Below are positions 1 through 9,215 of a stretch of DNA of 64,000 nt, one piece after another. The notes beneath the pieces are model-generated. The model ran no database searches. It was not told the DNA's origin and saw only the letters and a program-made list of their open reading frames with translations. The position numbers and the translations under genes are program-made. The stretch is from an uncultured bacterium (GTDB lineage Bacteria > Patescibacteriota > Minisyncoccia > UBA6257 > GWB1-50-10): positions 216,420 through 280,419 of the forward strand of contig CAVYJB010000001.1 in NCBI GenBank assembly GCA_963768835.1, read 5' to 3'. The first letter of the stretch is position 1. The number at the start of each line of letters is the position of its first letter.

Positions 1-51
1 ACGCTCTCCAGACCTGATGTGTTTTGGTCTAGATTTGGAGCAAGTTAGTCA

Positions 52-570
52 CTATTCTTTTTTGGTATTCAAATCTTCCACTCGCTTTGCCAACTCGGAT
101 AATGGTCGCACGTGGAAGCGGGCGCGCTCTTCGTCAGTAATAGAAGGATCGACTTGGTATAAGTACCATGGCCCCTCCATAGTGTCCCTCTTGCTCTGGG
201 TTCCATATAATTGTGGTTTTCCTTGAGACATTAGGCTCCTATCTTTTGCTGCAGCGGCGAGCCAGAGCGGGTTCACCTCGCCCACTTCAGGAACATAGCC
301 TTGATCAGCAGCCTTTTGTGCAAGTTCATGAGCCAGCTCATAATGGCGGGTTTCTGAGCCGTGTTGCAGGATCATTGCGGCGTGAAGAAAATCCGACGGC
401 TTTACCAGTTGATCGTTCTCAACCAGTTCTAGAACCTTCCTTAAACGAGACAAATCTCTTTCCGCCATCAGTTCAGGATCTTTCTCCCACAACCTCTCGG
501 TCCTGTCTTTTTGATCCTCGTCGTAAATAATGCCCAACTCGCTTCTCATGGGTTTTTCGAAACTAGTCAT
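52..570 (-). CDS. hypothetical protein
   Basis: 172-aa intact ORF; no diagnostic motif recognised. Confidence 0.45.
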   Translation of the reverse strand: MTSFEKPMRSELGIIYDEDQKDRTERLWEKDPELMAERDLSRLRKVLELVENDQLVKPSDFLHAAMILQHGSETRHYELAHELAQKAADQGYVPEVGEVNPLWLAAAAKDRSLMSQGKPQLYGTQSKRDTMEGPWYLYQVDPSITDEERARFHVRPLSELAKRVEDLNTKKE

Positions 571-661
571 ATCTTAAATAGTAAATTAGACAGCCTAATT
601 ATCTTTCTGCAATTGGTAGGGTGGTTTTTCGAGATTGCATTAGACTGCGGGGCGCCCGCGG

Positions 662-1153
662 TCAGGAACCGGTGGGGCGCATCAGCGGATGGATGCTCAC
701 CGTGTCCCCCACCTGAACTCCCAGCGACTGCACGCGTCCCGCTGAAAGTTCGAGAACCTTATCGACCGGAGAGGACGGATAGTAATTCCGAAGCTCCGCA
801 TCGGTCGCGCCAATCTGAGGGTCGACGTTCTGCTCGAACCCGACAATGCGATTTCCCGCGATCCAGACAAAATCGAGAGGGAAACGCATGTCCTTCATCC
901 AAAAGCCATAGAGGTCCGCCGACGGGAAGGTAAAAAGCATGCCTTCGTTCGGCCCGAGACTCGCGCGACCACCCAGCCCTTGGTGCTGGGCCTCAGGTGT
1001 GCTCGCCACATCCACCGTGAGAGTCGAGTTGCCGATCTGCACCACCGCCTTGCCCGGCACCGCATTGTAGCGGTCGAGAAATAGCACCGCGACCACCACG
1101 AGCGCGATGGCGATACCGACGAGAACGACTCCAACCTTCAATCGGCCCGACAT
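662..1153 (-). CDS. DUF192 (ACR, COG1430-like) domain protein with N-terminal membrane anchor
   Basis: N-terminal TM helix then MLFTF...FPLDFVWI motif pattern typical of DUF192. Confidence 0.7.
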   Translation of the reverse strand: MSGRLKVGVVLVGIAIALVVVAVLFLDRYNAVPGKAVVQIGNSTLTVDVASTPEAQHQGLGGRASLGPNEGMLFTFPSADLYGFWMKDMRFPLDFVWIAGNRIVGFEQNVDPQIGATDAELRNYYPSSPVDKVLELSAGRVQSLGVQVGDTVSIHPLMRPTGS

Positions 1154-1421
1154 ATCGTTAGTATAGCGCGGGTGCGGTCTCTGAGGCGAGCCCTGCCCTC
1201 AAGGAATCTGAAAATAAAAAGAGCTCCGGGGACCATTGGTCCTACGGAGCTCCGCGGAAAGAGTGCACGGAGGGGCGCACCGCCGAGCCGGGGGGAGGCT
1301 CAGCAGCGACACCCCTCACCCGCCTCACCCACCCACCAGAAGTCGGGTGTTGCCCGTGCACCGCACCAGAGATCGGGCAAAACCTCGACCGAACTCGAGA
1401 ACTGCGTTCAAAGTACCAGAG

Positions 1422-1854
1422 TCATCGCGCGTGGTCAATTCTCCTCTCGCTGTGCCTCGCATCCTCGGCGGAGGGCGGCGGCTGCAGATAGAAATCGCCG
1501 AGCGAATTCTCGGCCACCGTGAAGGCGTAGGGCGGTTTCTCCTGGAAACCGTCGCAGATGCACCGGCTGCCCCGCTTGTCCTGCAGTAACGCATAGTACA
1601 TCCTGTGATCTCTGGACGGCCATGCCTCGATAACGACATACGGTTCTCCCTTCGGCAACTCGTCCCACGAATAGCTGGGGATTATGCCGCGCGAGCGTCG
1701 GACGAGCACGAGGACAACCACGATGAGCGTGAACATGACGAGAGTGTAGAGCCAAGACAGAGCATCGGAGCGATAGAGTGCGAGGGCTATGGAGATGAAA
1801 AAAGCGAAGCAGATACCTCCGCATAATAACAGAGCGAGACGAAAAGGTTTCATG
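1422..1854 (-). CDS. hypothetical membrane protein
   Basis: ORF 1422..1919; probable start at internal MKPFRLALLL (atg at 1854-1852); two hydrophobic helices. Confidence 0.5.
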
Positions 1855-1930
1855 GCGTCTCTGGTTGATAGTGAATAAACGGTGAACGTACTGAATTCTT
1901 TGTAACATATACAATACAATTATGTCAAGC

Positions 1931-1971
1931 TGTGCGAAAGAAAAGGCCCCGACTTAAAAAGAGTCGGGGCC
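1931..1971 (-). terminator. rho-independent terminator downstream of the minus-strand tRNA
   Basis: 10-bp GC stem ggccccgact/agtcggggcc with 7-nt loop, followed on the minus strand by ttttctttcgc. Confidence 0.6.
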
Positions 1972-2041
1972 GAAGATTGTGCGGCGGACGCGCACCGCAT
2001 CCGTGTATCCCCCGATCTTGGGACGGAGCACGCCGCCGCCG

Positions 2042-2137
2042 TGCGAGAGGCAGGGTTCGAACCTGCGACCTTCGATTTCGAGATTGCCGCGTAACCGGTT
2101 CTCTCTAACGCTGCTCTACCAACTGAGCTACTCCCGC
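2042..2137 (-). tRNA. tRNA-like gene with ~20-nt insertion between D-arm and T-arm (isotype undetermined)
   Basis: reverse complement gives GCGGGAG acceptor, canonical D-arm GCTCAGTTGGTAGAGC, T-arm GCAGGTTCGAACCCTGC and 7-bp acceptor closure with G4:U wobble; 45 nt instead of ~22 between D- and T-arms; no encoded CCA. Confidence 0.5.
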
Positions 2138-2395
2138 TGCACAACAAACAGGTGTAAATAAAGAAGGAGGGCGAGGCTGAACTCAGCCCCGAACCGCGCC
2201 GGCCAGGTACGGTCGCGCCGCAGGGGCCGCAGTGTTCCTTCCCGTCAGCCAACACCGCCTACCCCGATTGTCTTGCGTCGCCTCCTTCCTCGTATATGCT
2301 GCGGGGCAGTGTACCGAAACCCGTCTTAGGTGTCAACCTAGTGTATTCAACAAACCACTCACGTCGCCATGTTGCGAGCACCTCTGCGCTCGGCG

Positions 2396-2950
2396 TTAGC
2401 ATCGCATGAAGATGCGCCCGCCGCGATGCCGCGCGGGAGGTCTATTACACTCAGCGCGCAGAATCCAGATTCCTCTTTTCTTGTACCAGCGTGCCATCAC
2501 GAAGGCCATGGTACCCACATTCTCGAGAACGTAAAAGACGTTGTACTCCCCCTCTACATGCAGGTCTCCTTTTCTCCCGTCCGATTGTTTCGAGAGCATC
2601 CCATATAAGATATTCAAAATCTGTGTTTGGGTGAAGAAATACTGATGGTCGTGGAACTTCGCCTGGATCTCGGCATCTGTCATGTCCCTTGTGTTTTCGT
2701 ATGCACTGACGAAATCGCTGTATGCGGGTATCATGACCGGAGCCTGCGGAACAATCTGGAAGGCAAACGAGTCTTCAGGGTGGACTTTTACCCCGAGCTC
2801 CGATAAAAGAAATTGTTCTTTCCGGAATTCTCTTGTCCCCACCTCGATGCGCGGCGCCAACAGTTTAAGATCAGCGTCGCCCATGAAGCTGGAGCGCGGT
2901 ATCTGTGCCTCAGTGCGTCCCATAAGTACGACCTCCTTGATTCTGGCCAC
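2396..2950 (-). CDS. hypothetical protein
   Basis: 184-aa ORF in AT-richer stretch; no motif recognised. Confidence 0.4.
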   Translation of the reverse strand: MARIKEVVLMGRTEAQIPRSSFMGDADLKLLAPRIEVGTREFRKEQFLLSELGVKVHPEDSFAFQIVPQAPVMIPAYSDFVSAYENTRDMTDAEIQAKFHDHQYFFTQTQILNILYGMLSKQSDGRKGDLHVEGEYNVFYVLENVGTMAFVMARWYKKRGIWILRAECNRPPARHRGGRIFMRC

Positions 2951-3140
2951 ACGCCGCTTCTTACTATTTTTCGGAAGGGGTGGGTGTGCCGTTATTAATT
3001 TGCCTGTTTTCTTATACCATAACTGAATATCAACGTCAATATGGTCAATATGTTTGACCCCACCCGCCTTCCGGCATACCCTGATACTAGCAACCTGCGA
3101 TACCTAACCAATCATCTATCACAATATAAGGAGCGCGGCC

Positions 3141-3626
3141 ATGAGCGCTGTCGCTGAAGCGCCTGTCATGCAGGAGAAACGAGCGGTCTTACCCTACAAG
3201 CCTCTCGTCTCCGGCAAACTGTGGAACCGGCTGGTCGGTCGAATTCAAAAGGACCACCCGGAGATAAAAAAGAACGAAGCGGAAGCCATCATGGATGCGG
3301 CGCTGGGTTTCCTGAAACTCTGCGCGAATCATCCGGAGAATCGGTTTGCGCCTTCGGAGAAGGTGGATATCGGATGGCATACTTTCCTGATGTACACGCG
3401 GGAATACCACGAGTTCTGCAGGGACCTTGGCGGGAACTACATCCACCACGTCCCGAACGACGATCCGAGGGTACCGCAGGAACGCGGAGCTCTGGGCAAG
3501 ACGGTCCGGTTCATGCGGACCAACGGTGTCACCTTCAGCCCTCGGCTCTGGTTTGGGAATGCCGACTGCACGGTGGACTGCAGGGATGACTGCTCGAATT
3601 GTTCACAGAATAGCTGCACCAAGTAA
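3141..3626 (+). CDS. hypothetical protein with Cys/Asp-rich C-terminus (DCTVDCRDDCSNCSQNSC)
   Basis: AGGAGC RBS 8 nt upstream; intact 161-aa ORF; C-terminal C-x-x-D motifs resemble the downstream precursor core. Confidence 0.55.
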   Translation: MSAVAEAPVMQEKRAVLPYKPLVSGKLWNRLVGRIQKDHPEIKKNEAEAIMDAALGFLKLCANHPENRFAPSEKVDIGWHTFLMYTREYHEFCRDLGGNYIHHVPNDDPRVPQERGALGKTVRFMRTNGVTFSPRLWFGNADCTVDCRDDCSNCSQNSCTK

Positions 3627-3713
3627 CGGGCATGTGTAGGAGATAAAACGAAGGGGCCGGTACCGAAAGGTTCGGCTCTTTATTTTTGTACGGGCAGACC
3701 CTATGATTGAGCC

Positions 3714-4292
3714 ATGCCGAACTCGTGGGATGAGACATTCTCCTCCGGACGGGAGTTCCCTCCCCTGAACCGCTTATTCCTGAAGAAGCTCCTTTCGGCT
3801 GTCAGCCCGAACCCGAAGACTGCGCTCGACCTGGGCTGCGGCACAGGGGACGATCTCGTCCTCCTCGCATCGGCGGGACTTGCAGTGAAGGGCGTGGATG
3901 GCTCGGCGGTGGCCATCAAGAAAGCTAAAACTAAGACGGCCGGCCGGGGCATCGAATTAATTGAGCATGACCTTGAAACCCTCACGGCGGCGGATTTGCA
4001 GAATCGGAACTTCGATATCGTCCTTTGCAAGCTCACTATCGCATTTATCACGGACCGCGAGCGGTTCCTTGGCCTCATGGCGGAGTTTCTCTCCCCCGCC
4101 GGCACCTTCGTACTCATCACGCCGGTGGTCTACGCCGGAGAAACGTACGCCGAGCCGCGGGTCAAGAAGATCTCGGTGGAGTTCAACGAGACTCTCTCGC
4201 TCCTGAAACGTCATTTCAAGACCGTCTCGGTCTTCCAGGAAGATTTCGCGGGAGCAGAGGAGGTGAAAATCGCCTTCTTGGCCCGCAACTAG
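3714..4292 (+). CDS. class I SAM-dependent methyltransferase
   Basis: LDLGCGTGDDLVLLA glycine-rich SAM-binding motif I. Confidence 0.8.
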   Translation: MPNSWDETFSSGREFPPLNRLFLKKLLSAVSPNPKTALDLGCGTGDDLVLLASAGLAVKGVDGSAVAIKKAKTKTAGRGIELIEHDLETLTAADLQNRNFDIVLCKLTIAFITDRERFLGLMAEFLSPAGTFVLITPVVYAGETYAEPRVKKISVEFNETLSLLKRHFKTVSVFQEDFAGAEEVKIAFLARN

Positions 4293-4403
4293 TATCACAA
4301 CAACAAGCTGTCGGACCGCGCGGTTTTTGATTTGACGCACTGCGGTGTTGTTGTATAGTCAGGCCAGCAGAATCCACACAATAAAACATGGAAGGGGTGC
4401 GCG

Positions 4404-4658
4404 GTGGAAACGAGCAAGAAGAAGAAACAGCCTTTTCTGGTCCGGTGGCTATCGAGGATTTGGAGTTGGCTCATAAAACCTTTCCCAATGGAGATCTCAG
4501 ATTCCAGAAAATCTGGGGAGGCGGAAGATCCAGAACTCGGGGGCTCCTACTACAGCCCGCTTAATGGCAGGGATTACAAAGAAAGAGGGCGACGTGAGAA
4601 TTTCGAGAATTACAGCGGCCCAGAAAGAGATTCTCCCGGCAGAGACGAGTTCTTCTAA
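4404..4658 (+). CDS. small hypothetical protein (GTG start, low complexity)
   Basis: 84-aa ORF, Lys/Arg/Glu-rich, weak signals. Confidence 0.25.
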   Translation: METSKKKKQPFLVRWLSRIWSWLIKPFPMEISDSRKSGEAEDPELGGSYYSPLNGRDYKERGRRENFENYSGPERDSPGRDEFF

Positions 4659-4794
4659 ACGGAGGTGTCGAGGAAAGACATGGGACGCACCGCACCAAGG
4701 ACATAACGGTGACAACACAAAAGGCCTGACGGGGTAATCCCATCAGGTCTTCCTTTTCATATCGTTTCTCTACCGATTTCGCAGCTATAGGGCC

Positions 4795-4824
4795 TTGACT
4801 TACGACAGCAATTATTGGTATATT
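4795..4824 (+). promoter_or_regulatory. sigma70-like promoter upstream of RiPP precursor gene
   Basis: TTGACT - 17 nt - tgGTATATT (extended -10) about 50 nt upstream of precursor ATG. Confidence 0.5.
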
Positions 4825-4872
4825 GTTCCTAGCAATGCACTTCACAAACGAAGAGAAAGGAGGCAAGCGGAG

Positions 4873-5139
4873 ATGAGCAAAAAAGGAAGCGTAGCGATTG
4901 AGAAATTGGACAGAATCGCTTCTCGTAGCGCTCGGCTTTCGGCACAGCACAGTGCTATCGGTAACGCATCGGGATGTCCGGTTGATGATTGCAGATCCGA
5001 CGGCGAGGGCTGCCAAGTCGATGTCGACCCAGGACAGTATCGTCCTGGTATTCCGTTCGCAGACAGCTGCGAATGTGAAGACGACGGCTGCTTCGGAGAC
5101 AAGGACAGCTGCGGAGAATCGGGATGTAGTTCTGTCTGA
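4873..5139 (+). CDS. RiPP precursor-like peptide, Cys/Asp-rich core with four C-x-x-D repeats
   Basis: AAAGGAGG RBS 9 nt upstream of ATG at 4873; 88 aa; leader-like N-terminus then CPVDDCRSDGEGCQVDVD...CECEDDGCFGDKDSCGESGCSSV; immediately upstream of a radical SAM/SPASM gene. Confidence 0.6.
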   Translation: MSKKGSVAIEKLDRIASRSARLSAQHSAIGNASGCPVDDCRSDGEGCQVDVDPGQYRPGIPFADSCECEDDGCFGDKDSCGESGCSSV

Positions 5140-5146
5140 AACTCAT

Positions 5147-5171
5147 GCGAGGGGGTAGTATACCCCCTCGC
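5147..5171 (+). promoter_or_regulatory. perfect 9-bp hairpin between precursor and radical SAM genes (attenuator/processing site candidate)
   Basis: gcgaggggg-tagtata-ccccctcgc directly after the precursor stop and before the RBS of the next gene. Confidence 0.5.
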
Positions 5172-5194
5172 TCATTACTATAGGAGGTGGGAAA

Positions 5195-6475
5195 ATGGTT
5201 TCTAAGAGATTTAAACTCTTCAAAATCCCGGAAGGTGGGGATACTGTTGTTTTTGTCCCTGCGCTCGCGAGAGTGTACAGAATTCCAGAGAAAATCGCTG
5301 CGGCGTTACCGAATTTTGTCACCGCAGAGATGGCTATTGCCGAGGATGCGGAATGGAAATCTCATGATCGAAATTTCACATCTGTCGTTCTGGCGCTGAC
5401 AAATAAATGCAATCTGCAGTGTGTTTACTGCTATGGCGATTTCGGACGCCCGAGAAACGGGACCGGGATAGTGATGGAATCAAGAATCGCAAGGGCTGCA
5501 ATCGACTACATCGTCGAGCAGGCTAGAGGAACAGACAGGAAGAGAGTTCATCTGGGCCTGTTTGGCGGCGAGCCCACACGCGCCTGGGAACTTCTCATCG
5601 AATCGGTGGGTTATCTCCGCTCTACAACACATCGCAACGGACTCCAGAGTACGGCCGGGATTATCACGAATGGCTTTATGAATTCCAAGATGGCCGGCTG
5701 GTTGGCGACCAATTTGGACGGCGTCACCATTTCTTTTGACGGCTATAAATCTATCCAAGATTCACAGAGAAGCGGCAGTTTCGAGAGAGTATTTGCTACC
5801 GCCAAAAAGATTTATGGCTTAAGTCCAAAGAAATTAACTTTCAGGGCCACGGTCACCGAATCAAGCGTGGGTTCATTGAGGGAAATAGTCGAGTTCTTCG
5901 GGATCAACTTCCCTGGATGTGTCCAAAGGTACGAGCCATTATTTCCGATGGGTAGAGGCGTAGGTTCCGGCACCGACGGGAAATCACTGCATTCAGTATT
6001 CTTCGATAAATTTCTGGAAGCAGTACCAACGGCGCGGAAATACGGTTCAAAGCTAAAGACGTCCGTATTGCGATTAAGGGGCGGAGAACACGATGTTTTT
6101 TGTGGTGCATCCGGCAGGAATTTTCTTGTGACTTACGATGGCAGCGTAGTGTCTTGCAATCGAATGATGGAAGCTAATATCAACGAGGCCTCCGATTTCT
6201 TCCACTATGGCCGCTTTGATAAGAAGTCGTGTAGCTTCATCTTCGATGAAGAAAAATACGCGAGACTCAAAATCCTGTCTCTGAAGACAGTTCCTGACTG
6301 CGAGAATTGCTTTGCACAATTCAGCTGCAAGGGAGATTGCCCAGCCAATAAGGCCGTAACCCTCCCCTCTTCTTTCTGGAAGGAAAAAAGTTATCGGTGT
6401 AGCGAAATACGTGATTTCCTACAGAAAGTCCTTTCTTATGTTCTAGATAATGGAACTGATGGGCTGTTCATCTGA
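5195..6475 (+). CDS. radical SAM/SPASM domain peptide-modifying enzyme
   Basis: CNLQCVYC (CxxxCxxC) cluster, GGEPT SAM motif, C-terminal SPASM-type CENCFAQFSCKGDCP; ~60-aa N-terminal extension (possible RRE). Confidence 0.9.
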   Translation: MVSKRFKLFKIPEGGDTVVFVPALARVYRIPEKIAAALPNFVTAEMAIAEDAEWKSHDRNFTSVVLALTNKCNLQCVYCYGDFGRPRNGTGIVMESRIARAAIDYIVEQARGTDRKRVHLGLFGGEPTRAWELLIESVGYLRSTTHRNGLQSTAGIITNGFMNSKMAGWLATNLDGVTISFDGYKSIQDSQRSGSFERVFATAKKIYGLSPKKLTFRATVTESSVGSLREIVEFFGINFPGCVQRYEPLFPMGRGVGSGTDGKSLHSVFFDKFLEAVPTARKYGSKLKTSVLRLRGGEHDVFCGASGRNFLVTYDGSVVSCNRMMEANINEASDFFHYGRFDKKSCSFIFDEEKYARLKILSLKTVPDCENCFAQFSCKGDCPANKAVTLPSSFWKEKSYRCSEIRDFLQKVLSYVLDNGTDGLFI

Positions 6476-6582
6476 ACAGCTCATTTTTTTATGCCATCAA
6501 GAGGACCGCGGGCGTAAGCCCGTGAAGTTTCATTTGTCAATTGATTTTTCTTATGGTTTAATAGGTACAGGTAGATACAAGG

Positions 6583-7836
6583 ATGCTGAGTTTTAAGAGG
6601 TTAGAAAATCGAGGTACGCCCATCTACTGGATGGGTATGAATTCCGCCGAATCGCTCGCCATCGGTATATTTGTCAACGCCGGGACACGCGATGAGCGGT
6701 GGCCTGAGGAGGCCGGGCTGGCTCATGCACTCGAGCACATGAATCTGCGAGGGACCAAGAAATTCCCTACAAGCGAATCCTTGAACAGCTATATTGAGGG
6801 AGTCGGGGGAAACAAGGGTGCGTGGACGGACAAGGAAGGGACTTTCTACTACGGCCGAGCTCCCTACCAATACCGAGAGAGACTGTTCGAGGTCCTTTTT
6901 GAGGCAGTTCAAAATCCCCTGCTTCTCGAGGAGCGTATCTCCGTAGAAAGGGGAAGTATCCTGAAGGAAATAAGAAGGAAGATCGATAATCCGCCTGAAA
7001 CGCTTTATGACCTTACGCTAGATTTCATATTCAAGGAACACCCGCTTTCGCGAAAGACACTGGGAACTGAGGAAGCGGTGGAAGGATTCCAGAGGAAGGA
7101 TTTCGTGAAATTCAGAGAGAAATTCTACAACTCGGCGAACTATGTTATTTTCTTCATCGGCAACGCAGGAGAGAACGAGGTAATAGAATTGGTGGAAAAA
7201 TACTTCAAGAATGAAAAGTTCTCCGGAAAGAACATACGAAAGGAAGTGGCCTGGAAACCGGGGAGTGAGCAGGCGCTCTATAAGCACCGGGATGTAAGCC
7301 AAGCCTATTTCTCTTTGGCAGCACCCTTCCGCGAGACACCGCGCGATTATAGCTCATTAAGGGCGCTGGATATGTTCTCAGTTATGATATCGGGCGGCAC
7401 CGCTTCTCCGCTGTTCCAAGAAATGAGAGAGAAGCGGGGGTTGTGCTATACAGTCCAATCCGGTGTCCGGCATTTCTCGGATCTGGGCTTCTTCTACATT
7501 CAAGCCGGTACAGATCCAAAGCAATACAGGGAAGCTATCGACACGGCACGCAATGTTATGGAGAGAAGCAAGAAGGATGATGCGTTGCTCCAGAGAACCA
7601 AGAAATACCGGCTCGGCCAGTTGCGGTTGGGCTACGAGAATACCGGTGATATCCTGGGCACCGCGGCGCACCAAATGCTTTCGTACGGAGAACCGAGGGA
7701 TTTCTTCAAGATAGAGAAAGAGATCAATGATTTTAAAATCAGCGACATCGAGAAAGTTGTAGATTCATACCTAAAACCCGATCTGATAAAGGAAGTTGCT
7801 ATATTCCCGAAGCAAAGCGAAGCCCCTTCGAACTGA
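6583..7836 (+). CDS. M16 family (pitrilysin/insulinase-like) zinc peptidase
   Basis: inverted zinc motif HALEHM (HxxEH) near the N-terminus, 417 aa. Confidence 0.85.
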   Translation: MLSFKRLENRGTPIYWMGMNSAESLAIGIFVNAGTRDERWPEEAGLAHALEHMNLRGTKKFPTSESLNSYIEGVGGNKGAWTDKEGTFYYGRAPYQYRERLFEVLFEAVQNPLLLEERISVERGSILKEIRRKIDNPPETLYDLTLDFIFKEHPLSRKTLGTEEAVEGFQRKDFVKFREKFYNSANYVIFFIGNAGENEVIELVEKYFKNEKFSGKNIRKEVAWKPGSEQALYKHRDVSQAYFSLAAPFRETPRDYSSLRALDMFSVMISGGTASPLFQEMREKRGLCYTVQSGVRHFSDLGFFYIQAGTDPKQYREAIDTARNVMERSKKDDALLQRTKKYRLGQLRLGYENTGDILGTAAHQMLSYGEPRDFFKIEKEINDFKISDIEKVVDSYLKPDLIKEVAIFPKQSEAPSN

Positions 7837-7857
7837 CCCGGGACAATCAAAAGAATA

Positions 7858-8526
7858 ATGGTTTATAAGTTGAGCCTGACAAAATCCAGCGACAGGTTTG
7901 TCGAAGGGGTCTTTTGTAAGTCCATGAAGGATCTCGGTAAATTTTATGCCATCCACTGGACAACAAATACACCCAAAATTGTCTTACTGAAAGACAGAAA
8001 AACAATTGACTTGTTGCGTGCGAGAAAAACTGAACCGTGGCTCGTCGGTTGGGCCAACGGAGAAATGCGGATTGTTTTCGTATTGGACAGAAGGAGTCTG
8101 GGGAAATACAGTTCCCACAAATACTCTAAGGAGCATTATTCCTCTTTGATCAAACACGAACTCAGCCACCTATTCTATAAAATACTCACCGGCGACAAAC
8201 GGGGCCCCGTATGGCTGTCCGAAGGCGTGGCAATTTATACCTCTGGCCAACATAAATCGAGAACAGTGCCTAGCGAATTCAAGAATTTCTTGACGTTTTA
8301 CAGTCATGGCGGTTCTGGAGTATACGCAGAATCGGGCTTCGTTGTTGAAATACTTGTTAGAAACTTTGGCAAGAATAAATTACTTAAACTTATAAAATCT
8401 TTGCGAAGCATATCCGATGAAAAGCAATTCAATAGGGTCTTTAAAAGAATTTATGGATTTCAGATTAGTTATAGAAGCATAAATAACTATTATACAAACA
8501 GCTCTCCTCCACGATTAAGAACATGA
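7858..8526 (+). CDS. HExxH zincin-like protein, paralog 1 (peptidase MA-like)
   Basis: HELSH followed by WLSEGVAIY (gluzincin third-ligand-like). Confidence 0.65.
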   Translation: MVYKLSLTKSSDRFVEGVFCKSMKDLGKFYAIHWTTNTPKIVLLKDRKTIDLLRARKTEPWLVGWANGEMRIVFVLDRRSLGKYSSHKYSKEHYSSLIKHELSHLFYKILTGDKRGPVWLSEGVAIYTSGQHKSRTVPSEFKNFLTFYSHGGSGVYAESGFVVEILVRNFGKNKLLKLIKSLRSISDEKQFNRVFKRIYGFQISYRSINNYYTNSSPPRLRT

Positions 8527-9215
8527 GGAAGCTCCGCTTCTATTTCAACAGAAATCTAGACAAGTTCATGGCTGCCCAGTTTCTCGACGAAAAAATGGGC
8601 GGCATTGATTTTGGGGTAAATATTGTTAAGCTCCATCCCCTACTAAGGTCCTCCAAAAAGGATCGGGGGGCGAGAAAGAAAACATTGGATAAATATTTCA
8701 AACAATACTACCGTAGCCATCGCCGTGAAATGTCTCAGAAGGCATCGAGGATAAAAGAGGCGTGGCGTGACGTCGAGGACGAGTTTGTGATCACGACGGA
8801 ACGTTTGTTAGGTGGATTCCGTTTCCCATCCGGCCGGTACATCGCATACCCCTCGATTGTGGACTGTAACCCCCGCTTTCTGGTATCAAAAACGTTCCAG
8901 TTCTACTATCGGAAGGTCCCCACGGATGCCGTGCACACCATTGCCCACGAGCTTCTGCACTTCATCTTCTTTGCATTCGTCAAATCGAGGTTGAAGAATG
9001 CCATCAAGAAACTTCCTGAGGAGAAGCTCTGGGACCTCTCGGAACTTTTCAACGTCATAATTCTTCAATCGCCGTCTTACCGGAAACTCATCAATCCGCA
9101 CTATGCCCATCCCTATCCAGACCACCAAAAGTACGTCTCTCGATTTGAGACCGCCTATCGAAAGTCCCGCGCCATAGAGGAATTCATCCGGAACGGGATC
9201 GCAATTATAAAATGA
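8523..9215 (+). CDS. HExxH zincin-like protein, paralog 2
   Basis: HELLH motif; ATGA start/stop overlap with upstream gene. Confidence 0.6.
   Translation: MRKLRFYFNRNLDKFMAAQFLDEKMGGIDFGVNIVKLHPLLRSSKKDRGARKKTLDKYFKQYYRSHRREMSQKASRIKEAWRDVEDEFVITTERLLGGFRFPSGRYIAYPSIVDCNPRFLVSKTFQFYYRKVPTDAVHTIAHELLHFIFFAFVKSRLKNAIKKLPEEKLWDLSELFNVIILQSPSYRKLINPHYAHPYPDHQKYVSRFETAYRKSRAIEEFIRNGIAIIK

Noticed and set aside
17-530. Overlapping + strand ORFs 17..226 and 213..530
   Set aside because: They are antisense to the better-supported minus-strand ORF 52..570 and have no start signals.
1920-2255. 111-aa minus-strand ORF
   Set aside because: It overlaps the tRNA gene and terminator and is Ala/Ser/Gly-rich junk.
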